64,000 nucleotides of DNA from Pseudomonadota bacterium (GCA_027618995.1 JAQCGO010000008.1:271-64270), one strand, 5' to 3'. Shown: positions 1-9,905, counted from the first letter of the stretch. Notes: generated by a model not told the origin, from the sequence alone. A program made the numbers and translations.

Positions 1-127
1 GCGCGGTGCGCGATTCCTTTTCCAGAAAACGTTTGAGGTCATTCAGGTTGGTCGGCCGCAATTCTGCCGGTCCGACGATTTTGGGACTGGGAAAGCGTCC
101 CGTCTTGCGCAGTGTTGTAGCGAGCAT
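1..127 (-). CDS. 5' end of an unidentified CDS that runs off the left edge of the window
   Basis: Own translation of the minus strand from ATG at 127-125: MLATTLRKTGRFPSPKIVGPAELRPTNLNDLKRFLEKESRTA... Only 42 codons are visible, no family recognised, too short for the ORF track. Confidence 0.25.
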   Translation of the reverse strand, partial: MLATTLRKTGRFPSPKIVGPAELRPTNLNDLKRFLEKESRTA

Positions 128-469
128 CCGTGCCTCCAGCAAACAGCCCAATGTGCCAAAGTCACAGAACGATCATCGCCACCGGGACGGTGTGCGATAT
201 TTCGTGTCGGCGGCCCCGCGGTCATAGATCGAACCGTCCTGGTTCGAACCCTTAGATCGGTGGCTTTGCGACCCCGCCTTTCGACGAGTGTGCCTTTGTC
301 ATACGAGCGCTCATGCTTGCATGACGCGAAGAACACTGTCAACGAACTGCGACACATGCCAAAAGCTTATTGTTAAGTGGCGATTGCCTGGCCCCACGCC
401 TGGTTCGAATTTGGCAATTCCCTGCACTTTGATCAAGAATGCACGCTGCAGAATTAAATGGGGTCGGAT

Positions 470-1330
470 ATGCGCTGGCAAGGTGGCAGGCGTAGCAGCA
501 ACGTCGAGGATCGACGTGGCCAGCGCCGTGGTGGCGGCATCGTTGGCGGCGGCATCGGCACAGTGGTGTTGTTGTTGCTGGCCCTGTATTTCGGCGTTGA
601 TCCGAACCTGCTGATCGACGGCATGCAATCCACCGGCGCGCCCGGAACATCTGCTGGCACCCGGCCCAGCGCTGATCAGCTACGTAATGATCCGCTTGCC
701 GACATGGTTGCCGTGGTCGTTGCCGACACGGAGGATGTGTGGCACGAGATTTTTGCTGCCAATGGCAGTCGCTATCAGGAACCGACACTGGTTCTGTTCA
801 GTGGTTCGACTCGGTCCGCCTGTGGCGTCGGCCAGGCGGCAATGGGCCTGTTTTATTGTCCGGCGGATCAGAGTGCCTATATCGACCTCAGTTTCTACGA
901 AGACATGAAACGGCGTTTTCAGGCGCCGGGCGACTTCGCGCAGGCGTACGTGATTGCGCACGAGATCAGCCACCATGTGCAGAATTTGCTGGGGATATCG
1001 GGCGAGGTACAGCGAAGAAAACAGGCTTTGAGCGAAGCGGATGCGAATAGATTGTCAGTGCGACTTGAACTGCAGGCGGACTGCCTGGCCGGTGTCTGGG
1101 CGATTCGGGCGGACAAGGCGCGGTCCATCCTCGAGGCTGGCGATGTCGATGAGGCGTTGAATGCCGCGAGCGCCATCGGTGATGACCGGCTGCAGACGCA
1201 AAGTCACGGCACCGTCGTGCCGGAATCGTTCACGCGTGGCACGAGTGCGCAACGCGCCCACTGGTTCAGAGTCGGCCTTGGCGGTGGCGAACTAAGCAGT
1301 TGCGACACGTTTGCCGCAGACATCGACTAA
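470..1330 (+). CDS. ypfJ: YpfJ-family putative neutral zinc metallopeptidase
   Basis: ORF track 458..1330. N-terminus MRWQGGRRSSNVEDRRG is typical of YpfJ, so the start was moved to the second ATG. HEISHH zinc-binding motif present. Confidence 0.85.
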   Translation: MRWQGGRRSSNVEDRRGQRRGGGIVGGGIGTVVLLLLALYFGVDPNLLIDGMQSTGAPGTSAGTRPSADQLRNDPLADMVAVVVADTEDVWHEIFAANGSRYQEPTLVLFSGSTRSACGVGQAAMGLFYCPADQSAYIDLSFYEDMKRRFQAPGDFAQAYVIAHEISHHVQNLLGISGEVQRRKQALSEADANRLSVRLELQADCLAGVWAIRADKARSILEAGDVDEALNAASAIGDDRLQTQSHGTVVPESFTRGTSAQRAHWFRVGLGGGELSSCDTFAADID

Positions 1331-1348
1331 TGCAGCCGGGAGAACAGC

Positions 1349-2317
1349 ATGGCCTATACAAGTAGCGATGTCGTCGCGGCAGCGACAGCGGCGAGCGCGC
1401 GCATCGCGGCGATGATCGTACGTACACCGCTGATTCGATCGACGGAACTGAGTGCCGCAACGTCCGCCGATGTCTATCTGAAACTCGAGAACCTGCAGAT
1501 CACCGGCTCCTTCAAGCTGCGTGGTGCGAGTAACCGACTGTTGACGTTAAGTCCGGAGCAGCGCGCGGCGGGTTGTGTCGCGGCATCGAGCGGCAACCAC
1601 GGTGCGGCCGTCGCCTGTGCGATGCAGAAGCTTGCAACCCACGGCGTAATTTTCGTGCCACAACAGACATCACCCAAAAAAGTTTCGGCAATCAGGAGCT
1701 ACGGGGGCGATGTGCAGTTCTTCGGCACCGATGGACTCGATACCGAGCAACATGCGCGTAAGTACGCCGCGCAGAACAATATGGTTTACCTGTCGCCGTA
1801 CAATGACCGCGAAGTGGTCGCGGGTCAGGGTACCTGCGGCGTTGAACTTGTCGAGCAGTTGCCGGATATTGACGCCGTATTCGTCGCAGTCGGCGGCGGC
1901 GGCCTGATCAGCGGTGTTGGCAGCGTGCTCAAGGCGCACAATCCAAACGTCCGGATCTATGGTTGCCAACCCGAGGCTTCGGCCGTGATGGCGAAATCGG
2001 TAGCGGCAGGCAGGATACTCGAGCTGCCGAGCGCGCCTACACTGTCTGACGGCACGGCAGGCGGGATCGAAGCCGACGCGATTACGTTTGACCTGTGCCG
2101 GGAATTGATCGACGAGTTCGTGCTGGTCAGTGAGGCGGAGGTTGCGGCAGCGATGCGCGGCTACCTGGCGGCCCATGACGAGCCCATTGAAGGTGCGGCC
2201 GGCGTTGCGCTGGCGGCAGTGCTTGCGCGAAAGGCAGAAATCGCCGGGCAAAAAATCGCCATCATTGTTTGCGGCGGCAATGTCACTCAGCAGGTCATGG
2301 ACCAGGTTCAGCAATGA
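1349..2317 (+). CDS. PLP-dependent threonine/serine dehydratase family enzyme
   Basis: 322 aa. SFKLRGA PLP-lysine motif, SSGNHG and GGGGL loops of fold-type II PLP enzymes. Confidence 0.8.
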   Translation: MAYTSSDVVAAATAASARIAAMIVRTPLIRSTELSAATSADVYLKLENLQITGSFKLRGASNRLLTLSPEQRAAGCVAASSGNHGAAVACAMQKLATHGVIFVPQQTSPKKVSAIRSYGGDVQFFGTDGLDTEQHARKYAAQNNMVYLSPYNDREVVAGQGTCGVELVEQLPDIDAVFVAVGGGGLISGVGSVLKAHNPNVRIYGCQPEASAVMAKSVAAGRILELPSAPTLSDGTAGGIEADAITFDLCRELIDEFVLVSEAEVAAAMRGYLAAHDEPIEGAAGVALAAVLARKAEIAGQKIAIIVCGGNVTQQVMDQVQQ

Positions 2318-2340
2318 TCAAAAATCAGGACTGACAGATC

Positions 2341-3696
2341 ATGCTCAGACTGATCGTCATTGTTGTATCAATAGGGTTGTCGGTGACAGCGCTTGCGGCA
2401 TCCGCGGCGCCTGCCGCAACGGCGTTTATCAATGTCAATGTCATCACGATGACGGACGAACACATCATTGCCGGCCAGACAGTGATCGTCGAGAATGGCC
2501 TGATTACGCAGCTCGGTCCGGTCGACTCGACGCCGTTGCCGGAAGACTGCCTGATCGTTGACGGTACGGATCGCTATCTGCTTCCCGGACTTGCAGAGAT
2601 GCATGGCCACATTCCGGGTGCGGCGTCGCCGGAACTGGGGCGGGTGCTGACCCTGCTGGTAGCCAACGGGGTAACCACGGTGCGCGGCATGCTGGGGCAG
2701 CCTTCGCATCTCGCATTGCGCGCGGACCTGTTACAGGGCCATGTCTTCGGACCCCGCCTGATTACGTCGGGTCCATCGCTCAATGGCGATTCCGTTAATG
2801 GCGCGGCCGATGGCGCCGCAAAGGTCGAAGCACAACATGCGGCGGGCTATGACTTTTTGAAAATTCATCCGGGGCTGGATGCGAGCGAGTTTGCCGCGAT
2901 TGCGATGGCGGCGAAAAAACTCGGCATGCCGTTCGCGGGGCATGTGCCCGAAGCGGTCGGCCTGGAGAATGCACTGGCCGCGGGTTTCACGACGATTGAT
3001 CATCTCGACGGTTATCTGGTAGCAATGATGCCGGCGAATTCGGATGCGTCCGGTGGCTATGGCGGCTTTTTCGATGTCCTGCTGGCGGAGCAGCTGCAGC
3101 AAAGCAAGATCACAACCCTGGCGGCGCAAACCGCCGCGGCCGGCACCTGGAACGTGCCGACAGAGGCGCTGTTCGAACATCGTGTTACGGCGCTGACCGC
3201 GGTCGAGATGAGTCGGCGCCCGGAAATGCAGTACATGACCGCAGCGACGGTGCGCGAATGGACGAATGCCAAGCAGCGACAGGAGAACGAGCGTGGTTTC
3301 AATCCCGCCCTGGGGGAAACAGCGATCCGGATCAGGCGCCAGCTGATCAAGGCGCTACACGATGCCGGTGCAGGGCTGCTGCTGGGATCGGACGCGCCAC
3401 AGGTTTTCAACGTGCCGGGTTTCTCGCTGCACGATGAACTGCAATACCTGGTCGACGCAGGTCTGAGCCCGTATGCCGCACTAGCAACCGGTACCTCCGC
3501 CGTCACGCGGTTCCTGGGTAGCAATACCGGTGTCATCGCCGTCGGGCGAGACGCCGACCTGCTGTTGCTTGATGCGAATCCACTCGAGAACATCAGCAGC
3601 ACGCGCCGCATACATGGCGTAATGCTGCGCGGCCTCTGGCATTCGTCGCAAGACCTGCAAAAACGCATGCGGCCCTATCACGCGAACGGCGACTGA
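2341..3696 (+). CDS. Secreted amidohydrolase-family metallohydrolase
   Basis: 451 aa. N-terminal signal peptide (LSVTALAASAAPA), EMHGH metal motif, and C-terminal GSDAP / ADLLLLDANPL motifs typical of the amidohydrolase superfamily. Confidence 0.75.
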   Translation: MLRLIVIVVSIGLSVTALAASAAPAATAFINVNVITMTDEHIIAGQTVIVENGLITQLGPVDSTPLPEDCLIVDGTDRYLLPGLAEMHGHIPGAASPELGRVLTLLVANGVTTVRGMLGQPSHLALRADLLQGHVFGPRLITSGPSLNGDSVNGAADGAAKVEAQHAAGYDFLKIHPGLDASEFAAIAMAAKKLGMPFAGHVPEAVGLENALAAGFTTIDHLDGYLVAMMPANSDASGGYGGFFDVLLAEQLQQSKITTLAAQTAAAGTWNVPTEALFEHRVTALTAVEMSRRPEMQYMTAATVREWTNAKQRQENERGFNPALGETAIRIRRQLIKALHDAGAGLLLGSDAPQVFNVPGFSLHDELQYLVDAGLSPYAALATGTSAVTRFLGSNTGVIAVGRDADLLLLDANPLENISSTRRIHGVMLRGLWHSSQDLQKRMRPYHANGD

Positions 3697-3807
3697 TATC
3701 CCAAACATTTGAATTTAAAGGTTTTTAATGGGGGCAGCCGCTCGCGTGTGCGCCTGCGTGGCGGCTGCTAGAATTAACACAGGCATGGCAGCAGAAGGGG
3801 AATCGGC

Positions 3808-4236
3808 GTGAAACTAATCAAGCACCTGCTGGATCGGAAAGGTCGGCACATTGCCTCCGTCAAGCCCGATGCTTCTGTACTCGACGCACTTCGCCTCATG
3901 GCAGAGAAAAATATCGGCGCGCTGCTGGTAATGGACAGTGGTCGCCTGCTGGGCATCATTTCGGAGCGCGACTATGCACGCAAAGTCGTTGTCAAAGGTC
4001 GCACGTCCGATAGTACGCCGGTGTCCGATATCATGACCGCAAGTGTGCTAACGACCAGCAGCAATGAAACCGTCAATATGTGCATGGAAATGATGACGGA
4101 CAATCGAATTCGACATTTGCCGGTCGTCGACAACGATATTGTGGTTGGCGTAATTTCAATCGGTGATCTTGTGCAGGCAATCATTGCCGATCAACAGGAG
4201 GTCATCGAACAACTTGAGCACTATATCAGCGGCTAG
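3808..4236 (+). CDS. CBS domain-pair protein
   Basis: 142 aa with GTG start. Two CBS-like repeats (GALLVMD...GIISERD and HLPVVDNDIVVGVISIGDL). Confidence 0.8.
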   Translation: MKLIKHLLDRKGRHIASVKPDASVLDALRLMAEKNIGALLVMDSGRLLGIISERDYARKVVVKGRTSDSTPVSDIMTASVLTTSSNETVNMCMEMMTDNRIRHLPVVDNDIVVGVISIGDLVQAIIADQQEVIEQLEHYISG

Positions 4237-4251
4237 CAAGGCCGAAATCAA

Positions 4252-4845
4252 GTGGCAACGGACCTTGCAGCATGGTTCGGTGCACTTGTGAGCATACCGC
4301 GACACAATTTTGTGTCGCGTTGGCCGATCATCGCCTGCCTGGCGCTTGCCGCGAACCTTGCCGCAGCGCAAGGAAGCAAAACCGTCATTGACCCGACGAA
4401 TCTGGAGTTGTTTGACGGTGCCAAGGCACTTCTGGCTGGCGATGCGAAAGAAGGTGTGCGCTTGACATTGATTGGCTTGCAGCGGGCCAGTTCAGCGTCG
4501 GAACGAGAAGCAGCCAAATCGAACCTCTGTGCCGGATACTCATTGCTTGAAGATTATTCGGTAGCGCTGGCTTACTGCGACGAAGTACTGCGCGGCAATG
4601 CCAATCACTGGCGTACATTAAGCAACCGTGCGCTGATCTACATCAGGCTGGAACGATATGTGGAAGCAGACGCCGACTTGTTGCGTGGCGAGGCGATCGC
4701 TCCGGAGGCGCGAACGCTGCTTGCGGTTCGTCGCGCGTGGCTCAACGCGACCAATCCGGTGTCGCCAATAATAATTATTGATGATCGCCGGGGTTCGGAT
4801 GACGAACTCTCGCCCGATGAATTCTCGCCCGAAGATGAAGGCTAG
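4252..4845 (+). CDS. Hypothetical TPR-like repeat protein with acidic C-terminal tail
   Basis: 197 aa. Hydrophobic N-terminus and TPR-like helical repeats (ALAYCDEVLRGNANHWRTLSNRALIYIRLERYVEADADL). Start codon uncertain. Confidence 0.45.
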   Translation: MATDLAAWFGALVSIPRHNFVSRWPIIACLALAANLAAAQGSKTVIDPTNLELFDGAKALLAGDAKEGVRLTLIGLQRASSASEREAAKSNLCAGYSLLEDYSVALAYCDEVLRGNANHWRTLSNRALIYIRLERYVEADADLLRGEAIAPEARTLLAVRRAWLNATNPVSPIIIIDDRRGSDDELSPDEFSPEDEG

Positions 4846-5230
4846 CTTCGCTCCTGCGATCTTGCTGACAATGTTGCTGGCCGCCACAGTGTTTGCGGAA
4901 GACGCAGAAGATGCAGCGCAGTTCGCCGAGCAAAGTGGAGACCGGCAACCGCAGCAGACGGTAGTATCGGCGTATCCGAAGCGCGCGTTTCGCGATCGCA
5001 TTGAGGGAGACGTCGAGGTTTGTTTCGACGTCGATCGCGACGGGCGAACATCGCGGATTGGCGTACGCCGCAGCAGCAATCAGATTTTCGAGAAGCCAGC
5101 CATACAGGCGGTGCGGGATTCGAAGTATGTTGCGCTCCCCGCCAATGTCGCGTTATCAGGTATCAAAACCTGCCGGACATTTCGTTTCCGGCTCGATCCC
5201 GATGGGGCATCAGTCGGCGCCGAGCCCTGA
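4835..5230 (+). CDS. TonB C-terminal-domain protein with signal peptide
   Basis: ORF track 4778..5230. Start placed at [21 protein letters not shown]. The C-terminal segment [25 protein letters not shown]...[14 protein letters not shown] is TonB_C-like. Overlaps the upstream ORF by 11 nt. Confidence 0.65.
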   Translation: MKASFAPAILLTMLLAATVFAEDAEDAAQFAEQSGDRQPQQTVVSAYPKRAFRDRIEGDVEVCFDVDRDGRTSRIGVRRSSNQIFEKPAIQAVRDSKYVALPANVALSGIKTCRTFRFRLDPDGASVGAEP

Positions 5231-6109
5231 GGCAAGGCGCGCCGCGCGCAAGGTGTTGGCCATCAACATCACGATTGTCATCGGGCCGACGCCACCGGGC
5301 ACCGGAGTAGCGGCGGCGGCAACTTTGCAAACCGAATCGTAGTCGATGTCACCGGTCAGCCTGGACCGGGTTTCGCCGTCAACGCTGACATCGATGCGAT
5401 TGATGCCGACATCGATAACGACTGCGCCGGGCTTGATCCAGTCACCGCTGACTATATTGGCCCTGCCGACGGCTGCGACAACAATATCGGCAGTGCGTAC
5501 CACGCCAGGAAGGTCAGCGGTGCGACTATGTGTGACAGTGACGGTCGCGTTGGCCTGCAACAACAAACTCGCCATTGGCTTGCCAACAATGTTTGAGCGG
5601 CCGATGACGACGGCGTTGTAACCGGACAGGTTTGCACCGAGCTCCGCTTCGATCATTAACATGCAACCCGCCGGCGTACAGGGCACGAACGCGTCGCTTG
5701 TGTTGCCGGATGTCAACTTACCGATGTTGATGAAATGAAAACCATCGACATCCTTCCCCGGCACAACCGCCTGCGTAACTTGCTGCTCATCGAGATGCGC
5801 TGGAAGTGGCAGCTGTACCAGGATGCCGTGGATGCTGTCGTCATTGTTGAGTTCGTCGATCAATGCGAGCACGGTTTCCTGAGTGCTGTTGGTAGCGAGC
5901 GTGTGTTGCACGGAATGAAATCCACATGCTTCTGCGGTGCGCTTCTTGTTGCGGACGTAGACCTGACTGGCCGGGTCTTCGCCGACGATGACTACGGCGA
6001 GGCCTGGCACAAGAGCATGCTCACGCAACAGGGCAGCCGTCTCACGCGTAATCTTGGCGGACAATTCTGCGGCCATCACTTTGCCGTCTATGCGTCGAGC
6101 TGTAGTCAT
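5210..6109 (-). CDS. folD: Bifunctional methylenetetrahydrofolate dehydrogenase/cyclohydrolase
   Basis: 299 aa. Clear FolD-like sequence ([44 protein letters not shown]). Confidence 0.95.
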   Translation of the reverse strand: MTTARRIDGKVMAAELSAKITRETAALLREHALVPGLAVVIVGEDPASQVYVRNKKRTAEACGFHSVQHTLATNSTQETVLALIDELNNDDSIHGILVQLPLPAHLDEQQVTQAVVPGKDVDGFHFINIGKLTSGNTSDAFVPCTPAGCMLMIEAELGANLSGYNAVVIGRSNIVGKPMASLLLQANATVTVTHSRTADLPGVVRTADIVVAAVGRANIVSGDWIKPGAVVIDVGINRIDVSVDGETRSRLTGDIDYDSVCKVAAAATPVPGGVGPMTIVMLMANTLRAARLASGLGAD

Positions 6110-6142
6110 TATCTGTGTCGCCTCGCTGTCAGGCGCCGCATG

Positions 6143-6892
6143 TTACCTGCGTCGAGTCAGTGAGTACAGAAGCACGGCGGGGGTCATTGCCGCAGCAACA
6201 TGCTTGATTGAGTGGCCGCTTATCAGATGTCCGAGGCTGAAGATGGCACCGTCAAAAAACTCGAAGAATTTCGCCAGCACATACCAGAGCAGCATCCACC
6301 AGTAGTAGCTGGTCTTGCCCAGCGACGGACGATAGCTGAGCAGGATGACGGGAATCATCAGCATTGGCAGGAACTGGACGATGGCGTACGGACGCAGGTC
6401 GCCAATACCGCGCGCTTCTGTCCAGGCCCAGTATTCGACCGAGCCGAAGCCTAGAACGAGCAACGGCAGCAGCAATCGTCGTGCGCCGTTGGGAGAGATG
6501 AATTCGCCAACAATAATGGTGATCAGCGCGCCGAAGCCAATGGTCATTGGCAGCCGGTCCCAGACAAGGGTCTCGTTGGCGGGCGCGAGATGGTAATACG
6601 CGGAACCAAAAGCGGTCAGCAGGACGCCCGCGAAAAATACGCGATAGGCGGTCGCGATCAAGGCGACGCATACTTCGTCCGAGTAGCGATGAACAAACAC
6701 CAGGCCGGTGGCCCCGATGACCAGGAACGGCAGGTTGGACGCAACGTTCCAGAAGTTGGCAATGCCGAGTAGTGTCCGGGGATCGCTGAACGTGTGATAG
6801 GTCGGGTCCTGCGGGATTGGTGCGGTGAACAGGAAGACGGCGACGATAATGCCGAGGACCAGTGCGATAAGGCCTGGCATCCGAATCGACAA
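6143..6892 (-). CDS. Multi-pass membrane protein, ceramidase-like family
   Basis: 249 aa with about 7 predicted hydrophobic helices. N-terminal HTFSD...NxxSNLPF pattern recalls bacterial ceramidase-domain proteins. Recognition by eye only. Confidence 0.5.
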   Translation of the reverse strand: MSIRMPGLIALVLGIIVAVFLFTAPIPQDPTYHTFSDPRTLLGIANFWNVASNLPFLVIGATGLVFVHRYSDEVCVALIATAYRVFFAGVLLTAFGSAYYHLAPANETLVWDRLPMTIGFGALITIIVGEFISPNGARRLLLPLLVLGFGSVEYWAWTEARGIGDLRPYAIVQFLPMLMIPVILLSYRPSLGKTSYYWWMLLWYVLAKFFEFFDGAIFSLGHLISGHSIKHVAAAMTPAVLLYSLTRRR

Positions 6893-6896
6893 ACGA

Positions 6897-7358
6897 CTAC
6901 TCGCCGCAGCTGTCGCGCGTTAGCGGAAAATCGAAAGCGCGAAACTGGCCATTCATCTCGCCTTCAACGCGGCCGAGCAGGCGCCCAGGCCCGGTCAGCC
7001 GATAAATGACGCGTTGCGGGAAATCATGCGCCGGATCCTCAAACACGACCTCGTGCTCAGTGATGCTGGCCAACTGGAAGATGTGACTGTCCTGGCCAGA
7101 CGGGGCGGCGACAAAGATCAGTGAGCCTTCGTCGGATTCGTGAATACGCATGAATTCCCAGGCAATGGTTTCGCCGCCGCGTACGACGCGACTCATGCCG
7201 AACAGGGTGCCGGCCGCGGGCGTTGTCCATTGCTCGCCTGAGCCTTGTTCGCCGTCATCGCTGCTCCAGCATCCGGACAACTAGGCGAGACGGGCGATAG
7301 CAATGGGTTCTTCGGTAAGAGCCGTCAAAAATGGCAGCAGCAAGAGTATTCGCAGCAT
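6897..7358 (-). pseudogene. DUF6265-family protein gene interrupted by an in-frame TAG after the signal peptide
   Basis: ATG at 7358 gives MLRILLLLPFLTALTEEPIAIARLA, then TAG (7283-7281), then LSGCWSS...HDFPQRVIY (ORF track 6897..7280) in the same frame. Family members read LAWLxGxW at this point. Confidence 0.6.
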
Positions 7359-7444
7359 GATTTGCCGACCGTACTGCATCTCGCAGGTCGCAGCAAGCCG
7401 GCCAAAGGCGTAGACTGAAGGCCGGCTTCAGACATGGTCATTCG

Positions 7445-7816
7445 ATGCCTGGCACGCGTCACTACGATACGGTTGCTTTCGACGTTCGCGACAATACGAC
7501 GATGTTGTTTTTCGCGCAGACGACGAGCGGCGGCGATATTGATGACTACCTGCTGCTGATGCGTACCATCGAAGAGGATTTCGACGAATCGATGTACATT
7601 GAGATCAATGAGCACCAGTTCGGCGGACACGACCTGATTCGTGAGGCGGTGCTGTTGGGCAATACGCTGACTCTGAAACTGCACGAGGCAGCCGCGGAGC
7701 TGGATGGTGCCACGCAGATTACGATTACTTACGCGAACACCCCCGAAAACAGCAAGAGCATCGAGCAGGGCGCATTCCGTGTGCTCGGCGAGACCCTGTC
7801 GGGCGGCAATGCTTGA
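7445..7816 (+). CDS. Small acidic protein resembling Imm10-type polymorphic-toxin immunity proteins
   Basis: 123 aa. The central DDYLLLMRTIEEDFDESMYIEINEHQFGGHDLI pattern matches my recollection of the Imm10 family. Not verified by search. Confidence 0.45.
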   Translation: MPGTRHYDTVAFDVRDNTTMLFFAQTTSGGDIDDYLLLMRTIEEDFDESMYIEINEHQFGGHDLIREAVLLGNTLTLKLHEAAAELDGATQITITYANTPENSKSIEQGAFRVLGETLSGGNA

Positions 7817-8135
7817 GCCGCAGGTCCGGTACAGTCTCTACATCCTGCGTTGCGCCGACGGCAGCCTGTATACCGGCATTGCGCTCGATGTCGGCAAGCG
7901 ACTGCAAGAACACGAGCTCAGTCCGCGCGGTGCAAAATATTTGCGCGGCCGCGGACCGCTGACACTTGAATTTCAGGCGCCTGTTGGTGATCGGCGGGCA
8001 GCGTCGCGGGCTGAATACCTGGTCAAGAGTTTGCCGAAGTCTGACAAGGAACGGCTGATCACTGGTGCAACCACCCTGGTCGAACTCGGTGCTGACAGAA
8101 GCCGGACTCAGGTCTCCGGGAGCGCTGGCGGATAG
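7809..8135 (+). CDS. Standalone GIY-YIG nuclease superfamily protein (YhbQ/UPF0213-like)
   Basis: In-frame ATG at 7809 within ORF 7704..8135. YSLYILRCADGSLYTGIALDVGKRLQEH...GAKYLRGRGP...SRAEYLVKSL is the GIY-YIG core. Its ATG overlaps the upstream stop (AATGCTTGA). Confidence 0.8.
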   Translation: MLEPQVRYSLYILRCADGSLYTGIALDVGKRLQEHELSPRGAKYLRGRGPLTLEFQAPVGDRRAASRAEYLVKSLPKSDKERLITGATTLVELGADRSRTQVSGSAGG

Positions 8136-9151
8136 AGCACAAGGAGCTCGCCGAACTCGGGTAAATACAGGTTTGCATCATTGTCCCAGATCGCACGAAT
8201 TTCGTTCAGCCAGCCGGCCGTGGCGACGAAGTTATCGAGTATGCGCGGACTCAGTTCAATGCGACCAAACGGGCGAGTGTAGTCTTCGAAATGGATCGGC
8301 AACACGCGTTTTGCCCCAGTCGCGGTGACCATCGCCAGCCAGTATTGTTCCGTATAGTCGCGGCCAAGAATGTCCAGCCCCCAGGTACCCAGCAGCACGA
8401 CATCCGCATGCACGTCGTCGAGAGCATCGGGCAGGAAACCGGCGCTGCCTTGTATCAGCGTTGTGCCTTGCGCGTGTGCAACCACGATTGAATAGGCTTC
8501 GCCCGCGCGCCAGGCGCTGACCGGTGCGGGCGGTTCCAGTGGTGCGCTGATCTCACCGCCATAGGGAATCGAGCCACCCCATCCGATCGGAGCGTGGCTC
8601 GACGGCAACATGCGAATCGTGAAGGCGCCAAATTCGTATTCGCTGCCGTTCTCGATGATCACTACCTGATCGTCAGGGACGCCTGCACCGCGTGCGATCC
8701 GCGCCGTTGATTCCGAGCCGAGGATGGATGCGGTGCTGCGGTTGGCGATGGCGCCGATATCCATTGCGTGGTCGAAATGCGAGTGCACCGGGATAATGGC
8801 TGCCAGCCGGCGCATCTGGAAATGATCGAGAACATAATTTATCTGCGCGATATCGCTCTGCACGGGCACGTCAAGAACCATGTCTGCAACCGACGGCCGC
8901 GAGAAAAAACCGTCGATCAGAATTTGCGTGTCGCCATCATCAAACAACAGGGTTGAAACCCCGAGCCAGGTGAGAGTCACGGCATCCGGCCGTGAGTCGT
9001 ATTCGGGGTAGGTCGGCCAGTCGATCGCGCTCAGTTCCGGGCGATCATGCCAAAGGCCGACCAGCAGGGCGGCGGCGGCAATCAGCAGCGTTGCGATCAC
9101 AAGCGCACCGCGTCCTGCCATTTGCTTGAGCCGTTCTCGGCGATTTGTCAT
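8108..9151 (-). CDS. Membrane-anchored MBL-fold metallohydrolase
   Basis: 347 aa. N-terminal TM helix and HSHFDH (HxHxDH) motif. Its 3' end overlaps the convergent GIY-YIG gene by 28 nt. Confidence 0.8.
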   Translation of the reverse strand: MTNRRERLKQMAGRGALVIATLLIAAAALLVGLWHDRPELSAIDWPTYPEYDSRPDAVTLTWLGVSTLLFDDGDTQILIDGFFSRPSVADMVLDVPVQSDIAQINYVLDHFQMRRLAAIIPVHSHFDHAMDIGAIANRSTASILGSESTARIARGAGVPDDQVVIIENGSEYEFGAFTIRMLPSSHAPIGWGGSIPYGGEISAPLEPPAPVSAWRAGEAYSIVVAHAQGTTLIQGSAGFLPDALDDVHADVVLLGTWGLDILGRDYTEQYWLAMVTATGAKRVLPIHFEDYTRPFGRIELSPRILDNFVATAGWLNEIRAIWDNDANLYLPEFGELLVLYPPALPET

Positions 9152-9203
9152 CAGGTGGCGAATAGTCGAAGCAGAAAGGTTCGACAGAGTATAAAGGAAG
9201 CGC

Positions 9204-9905
9204 CTAGGCGATTTGTGCCTGCAGGTCCTTGCGCGATGCTTCGTCCGTCAGGGCCGCCGATTTCACGGTGAGCCATGCGGCGTCCCAGTCCTTTACCTTG
9301 CTGGGGCCGAATACGAACTTTGCGATGTAACTGTCAACCTGCGAAACAGTGATGACGTTCTTCGGCGGTGGGGATGGGAATTCGACGTTACCGGTAAACA
9401 CCACGAGGTTCGCGACCGGTACATCCGGCACGACGTTTTGCAGCGCACGCGTGCGCTCCGCATTCTGGATCAGAGGATTGAGAAAACGGCGCTTATTTGT
9501 GCCATCAACATTTGTCCATTGCGCTTCCTCCTCGCCTCCAAACACGATGCCGTTGTAGTGCTTGGCTTGAATGCAAAGAATGCCGCCCGCCGTCAATATG
9601 GCGTGATCAATTTTGGTCAGTCCGCCATAGGCGCCAGGCAGGATGCAATCGTGCAACACGTCCGGGCTGCGCCGGTCGAGTACTCTTCGAATACGAATCG
9701 CACCGATCCAGCTGCTTGCGCGGCCGACGACATGACTCGCGGTCGAACGGAAAATCAGGGTCAGAAACAAGGCGGCGGCAATGGTGAAGAAAAACGCTGC
9801 CGGCCCGACATCGCCGAGACCGATGGATTGTCCCGGCACGGCTGCGAGCGCCGGCAACGCGATGAGCGGCAGGCTGGTAGCAACGAGTCGGATTAGCAGA
9901 AGCAT
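9204..9905 (-). CDS. Membrane-anchored NERD (nuclease-related) domain protein
   Basis: 233 aa. Two N-terminal hydrophobic helices followed by a NERD-like core (LTKIDHAILTAGGILCIQAKHYNG). Confidence 0.75.
   Translation of the reverse strand: MLLLIRLVATSLPLIALPALAAVPGQSIGLGDVGPAAFFFTIAAALFLTLIFRSTASHVVGRASSWIGAIRIRRVLDRRSPDVLHDCILPGAYGGLTKIDHAILTAGGILCIQAKHYNGIVFGGEEEAQWTNVDGTNKRRFLNPLIQNAERTRALQNVVPDVPVANLVVFTGNVEFPSPPPKNVITVSQVDSYIAKFVFGPSKVKDWDAAWLTVKSAALTDEASRKDLQAQIA

Noticed and set aside
205-285. tRNA-like fragments (GGTTCGAACCC, GATCGAACC) and a GAACC-GTCCT-GGTTC hairpin upstream of ypfJ.
   Set aside because: I could not build an acceptor stem, D-arm or anticodon arm on either strand. 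Only the T-loop-like palindrome is present. It could be a remnant or a chance palindrome and is not a supportable tRNA call.
6-357. ORFs 6..227 (+) and 43..357 (-) at the left edge.
   Set aside because: The translations are low-complexity and Arg-rich, and they overlap each other. The only plausible coding signal here is the short minus-strand N-terminus from ATG 127, which I list at low confidence.
739-760. TGGCAC-GAGAT-TTTTGC, which resembles a sigma54 promoter.
   Set aside because: The GG-to-GC spacing is off by two bases, and the motif lies inside the ypfJ coding sequence with no downstream target.
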